Shown here in pieces: positions 26,201 to 41,200 of a DNA stretch of 64,000 nt (position 1 is its first letter; each line of letters opens with the position of its first letter). A program made the position numbers and the translations under genes. Origin of the DNA: Phoronis australis (Eukaryota; Animalia; Phoronida); NCBI GenBank assembly GCA_002633005.1, contig NMRA01000782.1, positions 85,729-149,728 of the forward strand. The letters are read 5' to 3'. The notes beneath the pieces were generated by a model. The model was given only the letters and a program-made list of their open reading frames with translations. It was not told the origin of the DNA and ran no database searches.

Positions 26201-29200
26201 GGCTTAGTAGATAGCATTCATGTTTTAATTCAGATCACCCATGTTGTCTACCAGTGTGAAAACAACATTTTAAATTAATTGATTTAGGATTATGAATTAG
26301 GAATATGTAAAACTAACTTGGTTTCTATTTTAGTGATTTAGCGCGATTAAGTTTTAATTCAGCTCTTTAGCTCATACCTTCTTTTCAAATTTAAATAGAG
26401 GCTTTAAATAATTCACATCACTGAACGCGCAAGTACAGTTATGGATTTCTTGATCCATGATCATGGCATTTTTTGAGTTTCAGAATATTCTGGCATATTT
26501 ATTCTTCCCCCAATTGCATCTGTTCTTGCCTTGTTCTGCAACAATTTCCTCTGTCGTTTCTAAATGCCGGTTAAATATCCCCAAAGCTCAGCAGAAAAAA
26601 ATTAGTCTAATTCTTAAACAGATTGGGGGATCAAAAATATGTCAGATGAGACAATGTAATCATTTGCTACAAAATAATTTCATACAAGCTACCCAATGAC
26701 CAAATACACTGAAAAACCCAAAAAGAGTGACTACAGTCAGTGGAGGTGTGACAAAAATGACCAATAAAGTAGGTGACAGGTTCCTACGCTTAAAAATGCC
26801 TAGTATCGGCTTTTTCAACACAAAACACAGCATAGCAGGTCAGAGAAGACATAATGTGTTGATTCTAGTGCATTACCAGATAGCAACAGTACTTTCTCAA
26901 CGATAAAGACAAATGAGTTTCTAGTACAACTTCACATCGGTGACTAAAAAGAACTGATGTAACTTTTGTGACAACTACAAAGTATTACCCGTTTTCTACA
27001 AGGAGCTGGCTTTTCGATTTCCTATAAATTTGAATTCAATCAGCATATTTGTAGTCACTTACCTATTCCGTGCTCCGATGCCCTTAGCGTCAGGAAGTCA
27101 GGGTCATGGACTCGCTGGGCACCAGACAGAATCTCTTCCCCTCTCATGAAAATGTCGTAGGAGTTTGAGTATTTCTGTCAAGAAATATTATCACTATAAG
27201 GATGTAAATAGGCACATGGTGCTATAGACTAATAACGGACGGTACACATGTATTAAAAATCGAATGCTGCTAGCAGTGCACTCCATCAGCTTTTGTTACA
27301 GCACAAGTCAAAAATTTTATCCCACCGGCCAGAAACGACTCGACGACCGGACTAAAAATAGCCCACTAATCTCCTCATTTCTAGCAGAATGGCACCATAC
27401 CATACAGTCGATTTCAGTGCCACTTCATACAGACTCTTGAATATCTCCTTTAAAACTACCTGTTGTAGTGGCACCTCCCATTTTTTATTTTGAGCAACTT
27501 CATTGTAATAATGAAGTGTTGCATGAACAGGCAATGACATGATACTTCTCTTGGATTTCCAACCCAAGTGATAAACGCAGTGGGAACCATGCTTACAGCT
27601 TCTAGCAGACCGATGCTTGTCTGGAAGGTTGTATACCATGTGTTGTACAATATGGAAATTTCATAGGAGCAGGAAGCATTGCTTGGAAATAAAGTAAAGC
27701 TCCCCCCCCTTTACCTGGTTGTTGGGATCAGGCATAGTGTAGAAGGGTCTCACAGCGAGAGGGAACTTGTCGAGGATGAAGAAATCGGTATCATACTGAA
27801 ATGAGATCAAATCACACGTCTTCTGATTGATAACATGAAACAGAACGTGAATCAGAGAACAAAATTCAAACAGTCACTATCTCTTACTACCGAATGTCAT
27901 GAATTAAGGAAGTTATTTATGGGCATTGTTCTCGGATTTTAAGTAGAACGCTCATTCGGCATAACAAGAATTTTGGTACTTTAACTTCTTGTTCAAAGCA
28001 GGATTTCAATGCACTTGGAGGAAACAAGTAACCGTTTCAATAAGGAAGTCTTTGAGTACTTTAACATATTAAATTTGAGGACTTCAATAACAGATAGGTT
28101 CCTACAGACTTTTATTATGATTTTGTTTAGTTGTAAACGACCTCCACTGCACACATGTTTGTATGTACTAAGTAAGTATGAATAGTTTTCAATTGATCAA
28201 ACATGTTTGTTACATACATGTTTTGTTTAATAAATATTAAAGTAAATATTTAACAAATGGCTTCATCTTCAGGAGAGACCAGGGGCTGAGAACACCAAAC
28301 GTGATGAGATTAGAAGCGCATGTCTTACTTTGAGTATCTTTTCAATTTCGCTTGGTGTGATTGGCTAATTTTCAAATCAAGTCTTGAGTAAAGTTTGGTG
28401 GCCACAGGCTCAGATGGTTGAGTAAATCCACAGTTCTAGCCCTATTAGTTTCCTGGTTGGCAGTAATTTGCGGTTTGATAGAGGTAAACAGTAGCACAGC
28501 ACGAAACCTTGGAGATACCAGACTTCGTCCTGGTACTGTGGCTAGAAAATCTAACTAATCTAGCATTTGAGACAAGATGAAACAATCCTGCTCTAAACGT
28601 GGATTTAATTCCATTGTTTGAAGTCAATGTAAACCTAAAGCAGGCCCGTCATGCATTGGAACGCTTTTTCAGAAGTAGAAAACTGCAATGCAGGACTGAT
28701 CTACTTTCAAAATGTCCGGTAACCCTGCAGTGACTAACAAGGGAAGACCAATAAATTCCACATCCAACACTGATATTTGCTCTTTTCCCCAATATCTTGG
28801 TCTCAGGATTACAACTCAAAATGCAATAACACAAGTTTACTTTCATTAGGATACGTGACATAGATCGGTACATTTGCATGTGAAGCAACAGGACAGGTGA
28901 TTGAGGGCTGTTGCATTGTGGATAAATATCTTGAAATGAGAGTGGTGCTATGGTATTTAAGGGCATACCTACTTTCCATTATTGCTCCATCACAAACAAT
29001 ACACTCATTACACAGGCAGGTCTAGGAAAGTGTTCATGCCCCCCTCAGACAACGTGACCAGAAAAAAAAAACACCGCCAACAGGCCATTTTCAGGGCTTA
29101 CAGGACACTTCATTAGGGAATTGTGTCTGGCCCCGCTTAAAACATCGTAGATCCATCATCTGTTTTGCTAAAAATAGATTTTTCCGTCAGGATGGGGGAA

Positions 29201-32200
29201 GGGGTAGGTTGTCCAATTACTACTTATGTACATTTCATTCCATTGACACAGATAAATACTCAAGATGACTTGACTGGCCAGAAATCTATTGGATTGTACA
29301 ACAAGAACACCCACACTTAAACACCACAAACAAGCACTACTTACCTTAGCCTTGACTAGTCGGCCCAGCAGTTTCTCAGTAGTTGTGCTCAGGTCCTCTT
29401 CATCACCCATCTCTACACCGTTCTCTCTTAACATCTTCACAGCCTCGGGATATTCCAATCGTAGACTGGAAAGACAAGTAACACATTCAGTTAGACGTCA
29501 GCATTAAGACACAGGGAGATCTTTGTCCAAACCATTATAAACCCAACATCCACCACAAAAACAACTTTTGATTTAGACCAGTTACCCTTAACAAGACGAT
29601 GATTTCAGGGCTTCTGAAGCATCGACAGTTTGTCTTTGCATGAGATCTGGCAACAACAGTTGGCTGGTCACCACAGCACTTTGACGAATAACATACTGCC
29701 AATTCATTGCAAACCCAGGTATCACTTCTCATCTGACTACGGAGGTCACAACTCATGTCAGTTACCAGAAACTTGGTTTTCAAAGACACCTGTGAGCAAT
29801 ACTTTAAGCAGCCACCAGCTGTCTCTGTCCACCAAGTGTCTCTGTAATTTCAGTAAGATTTTTTCAGTTTCAAAAATCTACGAATCTCAATATGTTTCCA
29901 CGAATGCTTTTAGGCTGCTACACCAAGTTAGTACTGCAACTTGTCTATCCGATTCCTCATCCTTTATCAAAAAAATTGTCAATTTCCTTAGGTGTGTTAA
30001 CACCAGTTTAGCGTTGCAGGAATTTTCATATTCTAATATGATTGTACAACATGTGCCTATAATCAAGTTGCCCATAACTTGAGCAACGGCTTAGTGTACA
30101 TATTGCACACTGTACACTAGCAACATGGGCTTGTCTTATATTTGGGTTGTATCTGCCTAGTGAATTTTTGGTGAGTTTTGAAGGACTTTCAGAGGGTATT
30201 TTGGCTGAAATTACCCATCTGTCAACATTTACAGGACAAGCAACACCACCCACTTTTAATGATATACTTCTTTCAAGGAGTACCACCCATAATTTAAATT
30301 TTCTTCAAAAGAAAATCACCCATAATTTTTTATTTCAACTGCCATCCCCCTCCCATACGGATTTTGCTGGACAGCCCTAACAAAAATCCTATAAAATAAT
30401 AGTTCTTGCTCAAGTTGATCGAAACCATATATTTGCACAAAGCTGCTTTCAGATATCGAATGAGTTTTGAGTGAGTAAAAGATCTAATGGCCAGCGGCAA
30501 TAACGTTAAATTAAAATGAACTTAATGCCCAATGCAGCGCCACCTATTTCTGGGGTGAAACCCTTTGTTATGGTTCTGCGACTCGGCGAGTTAGCTCCAA
30601 AGTTTGACAGAGTTCTGCCCATGTCTGACCAGAACATGTCTGCCACGTGTGCAGTCCACAGAACATGGTTCTTACGAGAACAGTGTCAACATGCAAGCAC
30701 ATGCAAAATCGCAAGAGCGAAAGATGGGTCTTTCGTAAACTGGCAAAATGGCCAGCACTCAAGTGATTGGTCTGCGATAAAAATCTCTTTTCCATAAGCA
30801 CACTAAAGACTGCAGCCCAGTTTACTGTGAAGCCCCCTTGGTATTCGATATAGCACTGTAAAGACTGCAGCCCAGTTTACTGTGAAACCCCCTTGGTATT
30901 CCATATAGCACTGTAAAGACTGCAGCCCAGTTTACTGTGAAACCCCCTTGGTATTGCATATAGCACTGTTGAAAGCCAACCAGAAGGGTAATGACACTTA
31001 CCTCGGCTCTAAGAATTTGAACGGTTCAGACGGGTACTGCTTGCAGACGGTTGCAATTTCAGTTTGGAAACTGGAAGAAGAGACTGAATTATAACATTGA
31101 CTACAGCAATAATACCACTATCTTAATCTTGGAGTGATGTAACCATGGGATATAACATACAGACGTCGATTTTCATCACATTTCCTGAACTTAAGATTCT
31201 ATATACGCTTATCATGCGAGAAAGTTAGAATCTGTAGAAGCCAGTGTAGTGTTCACCAGTGGTCAAAACATTTATCACGAGAAAATAAATTCATACTAGT
31301 TAATAATAAAAAAATAATTGCAGGCGGACTGGTACACATTGCACCCATTGCACCAGACGTGTACAGGCCGCTTGGGAGGTCACATTGCACTTATCAACTG
31401 GAACCATTCTTGTGCTTTATTAGAATACACATGAGCTGAGAATCTAGAGACTCTAGGGTATAGCGGTGTGCCCCAGTTGCACTCAAACCCATGACCTGGA
31501 GTAAAGGAAGCGGAAACACAGCTTCCTCATTAAATAAGGAAAGTCCGAGAACATTTTTCTCCATTCGACATATTTACGAATCACCAAATGTAGCGTCTCG
31601 GTAGCGCTACGACACTGGTGTGCAACAGTTTTCAAAAACCTATTAAACAGTTAATCTACAGGTTACTTATGATGTAGTCTTAATCCTCACTGACATTTGA
31701 ATAGTTTGCACTCACTGAACTCATCAAAAGGTGAAAAGTGAAGTAAGGCTCAACTCCCTCACCACCACCCCACACTCCCCCTCCCTCCACTGTATTCCCC
31801 TGACCTACTTGTCACGCAGTCCTTTGAAGATCTGCACAAACAGATCACCAATCACGTCAAGAACTTCGTGATAATGATAGTTGAAGGCCATCTCAAGGTC
31901 AAGGCCGACAAACTCCGTCAGATGTCTGTGAGTGTTGGAGTCTTCTGCCCTAAAAACTGGAGGCGAATATAAAACGTCAATAAAGCAATTCCTGTTACAT
32001 GAACTTCCAATTACAATTTAGATCGTTGTTTTAAAAAAGGTATTGTGGTAAAAAATTAATCAATTTACGACACAATTTGGCACGACAGGTGAATTTTTTT
32101 TTTCATTTCTTCATATCAGAATGATGCTTTGCCATATTCAAGTTTTGAATCATGGCTACCAACAGGAAAAAATTTGAAAAAATGTGGGCATTCGCAAAAA

Positions 32201-35200
32201 TGAAGCTCTTAAAAATGAGAAAAAATGCAATTTTGGCAATTATTTTTATTTGAAATGGGTGACAATTTAACACACTAGTCTTTTAGATGCAGCTTGTGGA
32301 TCACATCACATGACCTGTAATCACTTATGGGATTTCTGTGACCGCCTATTGGTTCAAAGAACGCAGTAGACTGAAACACCTGCAAGGATAGCAGGAAGTC
32401 TGAGGTTTGAGTACCAGATGTTTTCAGACTCGCAATGATTACATACCACGTGATGGCACTAGTAGATGGTTAGTGAGAGACTTATATAGAGTTCTTTGTA
32501 CTTATTTTTTATAGGTATAAAGTACAGTTGCTCATGGTAATGATCTCAATTTATAGACCCATGTTCCATCTGTAAAGCGAACTTTTCAATAAGATCGTTT
32601 TAATGCTAGCAATAAAATTGGTCACAGTTTGTCCCGTTCTTAGATGAGAAGTGATTCCTTGAGACAAAGCTAGGCGCATAAAATGACACATTGTGACAAG
32701 CTAAGTTATATAGCATTGACTCAAGCAAAACCAGATTGTCAGTTCTTTCCAGGCACTGAAATCATCTCTTAATTGACCAAGGAACAATTGGAGAACCAAT
32801 TTCTTCATGGTGAAGGGTCTAAACCAAAGTTGTTTTTATTACGGAAGGCGAGATTTCGTTGCACAATCCAGGTTCTCAATTAGTGCGATGTCGTATAGAA
32901 GCTTGCATTTCACTTCATCTTACTTGGACTTGATACTGCCTTTGTCAGAATGTTCAAGGTCAGAAACAAGACAAGTGAACACTTCCAGTCTTCCGGAATT
33001 GTATTATGTCTGAGGTGGAACTCTTTTTGGCATGTTCAAGTGGTTACCAGTATATCTTAATTAAAAAGTGAAGAATTTTGGGGCTTCTGAAAGCATGCCA
33101 GTGCAATCTCGCTTTAAAACTGTAACATATTTCACACCCATCTGTACACAAGCTTTACTAATAACTACACAAAGTTACAATATTCACTAGAAAAAACTCT
33201 AACGATGACTGCTCTGTTAATTTCTCTTCAATGCCAAACAAAAACAATTGCCTGAATTGTAATTTTCCAATTTGTAAGGCTGATTGCATTGTCAAAGTGC
33301 TAAAAGTATTTACGCATGCTTGATTTCGTGGAAGACGTACAGTACAAACCATGCTCAAAAGAAACGATCTTCCAATTTTTTGTTACTTCCCACCAAATTC
33401 CCCTTGCCCAACATATCGTGGGCTAAACAGAAGAGCGTAATCGAAGTGACCAGGGAAGAGGAGACACCTAATGGCAATCGTCGGAGTGTTTGAGCCTTAC
33501 CTGCACCTACTGTGAAGACCTTTTCAAAGTCAGCAGTCAGCGCCATCTGTTTGTAGAGCTGGGGAGACTGAGCCAAGTAGGCACTGGTCTTGAAGTAACT
33601 CACAGTGAAGACGTTGGCCCCTCCCTCCGATGCCGCTGGAGACAAAACATTACCACACTCATTTGAGAATTCTTATGAAGACAATGGATAAAACAAGAGA
33701 GCAGGGTCCATGTCCACTAAATTTTATTCAACTCGGCCTAAAATTTGACCAATCATATCAAGTGAGATTAAAAAAATTGCACAAAATGTGAAACGACATT
33801 GGTCAACTTCCGTGTCGAGTCTCGAGCAAAAACTGAGATCGCGGGCTCAGTAGGCAATCAGCCAAGACTCTTGAATCTGAAAGTTTACAGAATTTTGACA
33901 TACTAAGAACTTGTTGAAAACTACGGAGTCAAGAAACCTATACTCATACATACCGGAGATGATCTTGGGTGTGTGTATTTCCACAAATCCCTTCTTGGTC
34001 AGGATATCGCGGAAAAGTTGGCACAAGCCCGCCTGAACACGGTAGATAGCCTGATTGGTCATGGTCCTCAAGTCTAAGATTCTGTTGTCCAGCCGAGTAT
34101 CTTGGTTCACCTTAGCTAGATCCTAAAGATTAAGCGAGCATTATGATAAAAATTCTCTAATTTGGACAGTCTCTAGAATTTTGGACATAAAAACTCTCGC
34201 AAAAACTACTTTTATTTAATTCTGTAATCTTGGACGAGGGCAAGTTTGGTGTTAACCATTATATTTCTCAAATTTTGGACAGATGTGTTTTCCAGCTTTC
34301 GTAGATTCTTAAATTTGCAAAGGTCAATATTAATCATTTCTAAAATTTGGGATAAGCTCCGGCCACGAGCAAAATAATATACATTTTTACTGTCCAAATT
34401 GGAGTTTTTACCGAATTTTTTAAAGTTAAATGTGACACTGCTTCTTAACATGTCCTAATTTGCATTTTCCAACTGTCTGCTCGAGTTATATTGGCCGAGC
34501 TTGATTATTTTCCAGTGTTGAACAATATGTAAAACACAACAGCCAGTGATTGAAATTCACAAGGTTATGATGAATAAACAATTCAATTTTTGCCCAAAAC
34601 ACATTACCAACACCACCTATTCAACGTAGGCCAGCTTACTGAGAACTGCAAAGGCTAAATATGTCTTTAGAATAGGAGACTTGAACAAAGCAAAGATCAT
34701 GTGAACACCATGATCCCTCATAGCCAATCCAATTATACAGCTTAAATTTTGCCAACATTAGTTTTGTTAGTGGCTCTGTCAATTGACTAGGCTTCTGCCT
34801 ATTTGCCTGTTTGACTGAAAGACTGAGTAGTTGGTGGTCAAGTACATAAAAACACTTCCGACATACTTCAACAACAGCACTGNAAATGTCATGGCAGCAT
34901 AAATTTCAACTGAATGCAAAGTCACACCATACATTTTGACACTACAGACGATCAATCTACCGCATTTCCAAAAACATTCATCTTGCATAAAATTGTGTGG
35001 TACCAAGAGCTGACATAATGGTGCAGGAAATCACAAAAACACATTGTTGACACTCTCCCTATGGCTGAAACAATTTTCCATTCTATTCAGCAATAGACAT
35101 AAAACAATGAGGCAGAGCTTGGTACACTCACATCATCGCCTTCAGCTCTCGCGGCATCTTCAATCTGCAGTGGAAGTCTAGGCTCAGCAGCGCTCACCAC

Positions 35201-38200
35201 CCACACCTACAATACAGAATATCTCTTATTAATATCATAAATGCGTAATTGATGAATTACGTTACCCCAAATTATGATCTCAAAAACAAATAGTTTACAC
35301 ACACACTATGCTTCACGAAAACACATTACAACATGCAAAAATAATCGAGTTTCTAGTTAATGAGTTTTGAGCATTCTAGCATTCTTGTATTCATAGGCAT
35401 ACTGTATGCAACTGGTTCCACTGTTCTGGGAATTATTCCCTTAACACTGAACGTAGTTGTAAAACAAGAGTGATGGAAATCGAGAAATCTGGAAATAAAT
35501 AGATAAATGAGGACAGACGTTCCTCATGAGTTCACATTTGTACTATTATCAATTTCCATAGCTTCCATGCACAAAAACTGTAATCCTTCATTTGGTTACA
35601 GTAATTGGATACCTTCTTTACCAAGGACCAAATTACTTATATCATTTTAAATACTAATAGCAGACACATGAAAATATGTACTTATAAAAATGTCGAAGAC
35701 CACAGAATACTATTATGTGCATAGAAAATGCCCAGATGTTCATAATCATGTGTCTGCACTCTAAAAACATGAAATGTTTCGCAGGAAACATGCAAATTAT
35801 GTTTCCCTAATCTTTAACTACAAAAGCATTTCTGGGATTTTTTTGTTAACGCCTTTTAGGATGAAAACTTCACTTCAGAAATGAGTTACATGAACAGTAC
35901 TTGAAAACATGATTAAAAACCGGACGATCGCTGCACAAATAAAAAAGTTCATGTTCAATGAACGTTTCGTCTATTCTTTAGACATCACCAGAATCATATT
36001 TGCAAAGGACAGTAAGTGCCAACATACAGCTCAGTTAACATCCATATAGTGAAGGGAGAGATACAGGGAATATAGTCAGTAGCTGGTCATCACCTTAGTT
36101 GCAGGGTCACTGAGCTCTGCATGTTGTTCAGAGAATCAGTAGCATGCTGGTCCTGAATGACCCTTTAATGTACAGTAATTCCTTATTAGGTTCTCTGCAG
36201 ATAATACTAACTGAATTGGCTTGGTGATTGTTGCTAAGGGCTGTTCCAATAAAATCTGTATGGGAGGGGGGGAAGGCACCTTTTTTTCGCACCCACCACC
36301 CATATTTTTCATTTATTTCTTCAGCCTACCACCCGTAATTTTTTATAAGTTTGAAATGCAACCACCCGTATTTTTTTTGTTCTTGTGGTTGACTGCACAG
36401 GCGCTTGAGTTTATCTGTTCCTCCATCACCACTAACGTCATTCATTACTAAGAAAACATATGTTTCTTACATATGGTTATTAGCCATCGAGAAATTCGAG
36501 CACTTGTGGTTAAATGGTGTTATGGGCATGCCGATGAGGAGATCGGAGGGATTGAAAAAGTCGGAGCTTTTTGCAAATTGCATTTTTGTTTCAGTTTTTG
36601 ATTCTGTGCGGATTGTTTATAAAATTTACTAAAATTACCCACCATCAAACATTTATGGCCCAATGAAACAACAACGACCTGTAAATTTTTATTTTTTTGA
36701 AGTACGACCACCAGCCATTTTGAATTTAAATCAAACGCAACCACCCATAAATTTTTATTTCAGTTGCCTTCCCCCCCTCCCACACAGATTTTGCTGGAAC
36801 AGCCCTAACACAATGCCTATATATGTTGCTTTTCTCTGAGGTGTGATGTTCTTTCAGCCTGTCACAGAGGCGTCTCTGTGTGAGTCCGACATAGAATTCT
36901 TTACAGTTGTCATAGCTACCTTATCTGTTATTGGAACCGAGAAAAAGAAAGTTTTCTTTTCTCTTGGTTACACCAGGTCAAGTAGTATAAAATTGAAATG
37001 TCAATTACCTCGCCTTATTCACTGCATAGACCCAGCCCTTGAACTGATAGTTGTTTTCAAACCTCTTTGGAAACGTTCCAGTATGCTATGTAAACTGAAG
37101 TCACCCATTCCTTTATTGAACAAGAGCAATGTTGTTTATGAGGTTGAATGTGACAACTGTTAGGTATTCTAAATCGGACTCACACAGAGACGCCTCTATG
37201 ACAGGCTGAAAGAACATCACACCTCAGAGAAAAGCAACATCTGTAGGCATTGTGTTAGCAACAATCACTGAGACAATTCAGTTAGTATTATCTGCAGAGA
37301 ACTTAATAAGTTATTGCTGTAAATTAAAGTCACTGGCCATTCAGAACCAGCATGCTGCTGATTCTCTGAATAACACGTAGAGCTCAGTGACCCTGCAACT
37401 ATGGTGATGACCAGCAACTGATTATATTCCCTGTGTCTCTCAATTCACTTTATGGATGTTATTTGAGCTGTATGTTGACACTTGCTGTCCGTTGTAAATA
37501 TCCTGATGATGTCTAATGAATGGATGAAACATTGATTAAACATGAACTTTTTTATCTGTGTGGCGATTGTCTGGTTTTTAACCTTACTGTGGCCAAAAAC
37601 TCATTTAATTGATAATATGAGTTTTTGGGGTAAAAGGCACTAAAAGAATCAAGAAACAAAACTGCGAGTTTTGTACAAACAAATTCATGTTTATAGAAAA
37701 TATATGAAATCATAACGTTTGAGAGAAATATAATCATGTCATTATGAACTGAGCTTTGCCACTGTGCACAATTAATAAGATTTTGTGATCATCAAGGAGG
37801 TAGTTTGTTTTTCTACTATTGGTTACTCATAAAGTTGCTTAAAAGTTTTGATCCTTGGTAATGAAGGAAGCCTATTACTTTATCAACTATGCCCACCTGA
37901 GTAACATGAATTTCCACGTCCTGCTGGGAGCACCCATGAATCTTCTGCGATACACACCGCACAAAACCCTCAACATCAATAATGGACTCCTTCGTGATCC
38001 TAAAACAAACAACACACATACAACATGTCCTCTAGCTAAGAAAACTTTCTAGGATCCTTTTGCAAACAAAGCCCAATGTGTTTCTATATTAAAAGACAGT
38101 GTACCTAGAGAATTAAAAAATTGAAATTGATATCAACCACATCATTGAAAGTTTATCAAAAAGTTCCAGTACTTAAGACTTTGCTACAAAAACATTTTCA

Positions 38201-41200
38201 ACAACAAATCTCGCGCTGAAATACTGAATTCAAGCTCAAATCACCAAGAATGAACTAAAGAGGCAAATCTAGCGACAGGAACAACGACTAAACTCCATTA
38301 CATCCATAGCATATGGATATGTAAAACACAGACAGCATCTGGCTCTGTTGAAAACCCAAGATTTAAGATGGCGACTTATGTGGCTTCAGTCAACGCCAAC
38401 AACTCAGGGCCTGCAGGAAGCACCAAGTGCTGCGTATATATCAAGCTTACCCCGCGATGAACTTAACCATCGGTTTACTGACAAGATCACCCACGGCAAC
38501 TACGGCTTGCACTGTGAACTGTTGTTGGCGTAGGACAAAGAAACACTGCTTTGCTGAAATGTGAAGACGTGCACTTATATATCCGCGTGACAGCTAATTT
38601 GTTTTGGTCGTCTGTTGTGCTTCACAAATTCTCAAAAATGATTAAAATTACCCTGTAAACAAACAGGAATGTCGTATTTTCTAAACATGAAGTAAATAAA
38701 ATTATCAGCTTTGTTTCTAGTACATCAACAGAAATTGGAACATTATGACCGCGCATTCTGAACGAATTTTGACCTCAAGTGGCAATCGATGTCCACTTAA
38801 ATTCAAAGCCATTTTTCTAGGCTAGTGATTTCAGGGTAGTGATAAGATTCTCGGGCCTATTTTTCCCCAAAACGTGGGTCAAATTTTACAAAATTTGCAA
38901 ATTTGAAATCACTATAAGTAAAATCGCGTGTCAGTGCTTTTTGATACACGGACCAGATTTTTACTTATTAGACGGAGAGTGACGAAATGACAGAAAGTGG
39001 CCCGCTTGCCAAAACTCACGCGCAAAATATGCCACAAAATCAAGATCATAATTATTTTGTACATAAATTTGTCAATGATATGGATAAGTAGAATATTGCG
39101 TAAGGAAACAGTTGATAATAATCCCTGTGCATTTTGAAAAAAAATCGAGGTAAAATTGGATTTTTTGAAAATTTTAAATATATTTTAAAAAACGAGCTAC
39201 AATAAACTCTTTCTTCAATTTTTGTCACTTCCAGAGTCCTGTCTAACTATGTAAAACTCCCTTTATACTTATGTTAGATAGGAACCTGGAAATTTGACAA
39301 GTGTATACAAGACAAACTAAAGCACTGACCCTTCAACACTGCTGGGCTGCACCTGTTGCTGCTGCTACAATTAAAACACACCTTTACTACGACTAGTGTG
39401 CAGCCGTCCCCTCATCCACACCTTCTGATCAGCGAGTTCTGGCGTCAAACTACCGACCCTGACCAAGACACGGTCCAACCGTTCCGTAGACTGGACCATA
39501 GGCATTTGTCCATACAATCCAGAGGCATAGTCTTCTGTGGTCTCGCCTTCATCGTCTTTTGCCTACCAATAAACACGTGTCACTAGTGCAGAATTTAAGT
39601 ACTGCAAGCTTTTAAGTTGCAGTCATTCATGTGTTGGTAAGTTGGTAAGTTTATGGTCCCTGGTTTCAGGCTATGTAATCATATTCACGGGCCTGCATCC
39701 AAACCAATTCAGAGTTTCTCAAAAACATGTTTTTGTTCAAGCACATCCAACATGTAGGTGCAAGCAGGTATCGCTTACACATGCCCAAGTATCAGAGAAG
39801 ATGTACGTTTTGGTGTTTTAAAGGGACCATGTGTATAGTTTGAAGGTTCTACATTCCAAATTTCAATACTCTGATGACAAGAAAACTCGATGTCTCTGTA
39901 GTCCAAAAGTTCTATGATCTGAAGTTTCTATAGCTAGTTCTACAGAACCTTCAGACAATAGAACTTTGGACAATAGTGACCTTAGCTTTTTATGATTTAA
40001 GAACTATCGAACCTTTGGACACCTGAACCTTCAGACAATAGAACTTTAGACAATAGTGACCTTAGCTTTTTATGACTTAAGAACCTTCAGGCAATTTCTA
40101 TTTAGAATTTTTTTTCTAATTCTTAACATTTTTTAAAATAGTTTGGACTACCATACCTTTAGGCCATTGAACCTTCGGACAATAGAGAAGTGCCCATTTT
40201 AAAAATTGGTCAACAACCTTGATGGTTAGTTAGCATATAAGCAAACCTTCCCTCCTTGCACAACAGACGGTTAAGCGATTTACACAAAGGCACATGCGCT
40301 TTGCTAAAGTTTTGAAAACCACAACTTTCTAGAGTTAAATGAAACTTCAGAATGGGTATAATAGATCACACTGAGATCCTGGAAGCATAGATCTAATTCA
40401 TTGCTGGCTTGTTATGGTCAGACCCGAGCTAATTTTCCACCTCTTGTTCTTCAAGTTCCGGATTGGAAAAAACACTTTGATATTAAGTAAATCAGTGGAG
40501 ATCTTCCCATTGTACCTCTTAAGACTGTTTGCTGGGTCACTCAAAAGTCTGATCTTTTTGTTATAGTATGTTTTATTCAAAATTAGAAATCTGGAAATTG
40601 CTAAAACAATACATAGGGACCTTACCAGTAGTCAAACATAACAGTGCGAAACTGGTTTTAAACACTTTAAAATTGAAAGGCACACCACATGAAAGTACTG
40701 CGGTATAAATACACGAGTACACAGTCCCCCAGGCAATAAGGTAGAAGGAGGTAAAAACACTTGAAGTTAATAAGTAAGAATTATCAGTCATACATGCCAC
40801 ATTTGGGTCACATCACGTGACCTACAGTTAAGACTGCATAGATCTCTGACCTGACTGGGGTCCAAACACAGGGCTTCCTGCCAACCCGCGGCCTGGTAGG
40901 GGCAGAGACCTTTTCAGACATAAATATAGGTCATGTGATGTGACCAGAATATGGCATGTATGAAGACTAAGAATTCTATGACATCAATGCAATGACTCAC
41001 AACAACATGATTAAACACATGCACATGTATTGTGCACTCCCAAGTTTGGGTCAGATGCTTTCTATTAAGTCTGTTAGTATTTCTATAATCCACCAGTGGG
41101 GTGGTCCCCCCTCAGTGGACTAGAATGTATGCACATAGTTAAGCACAAAGTCCCGTGTTTGAACCCCAATTGTGGCAGAGATATTCATATACTAGTAGTT

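Larger units (their letters stand above)
35939..37555 (+). mobile_element. Penelope-like retroelement 3' remnant (GIY-YIG endonuclease fragment) with inverted pLTR
   Basis: 37090-37270 translates as [40 protein letters not shown]. 35939-36912 (minus the MITE) is the reverse complement of 37151-37555. Confidence 0.85.

Noticed and set aside
10295-34883. Single N bases at 10295 and 34883
   Set aside because: Assembly ambiguities, not biological features.
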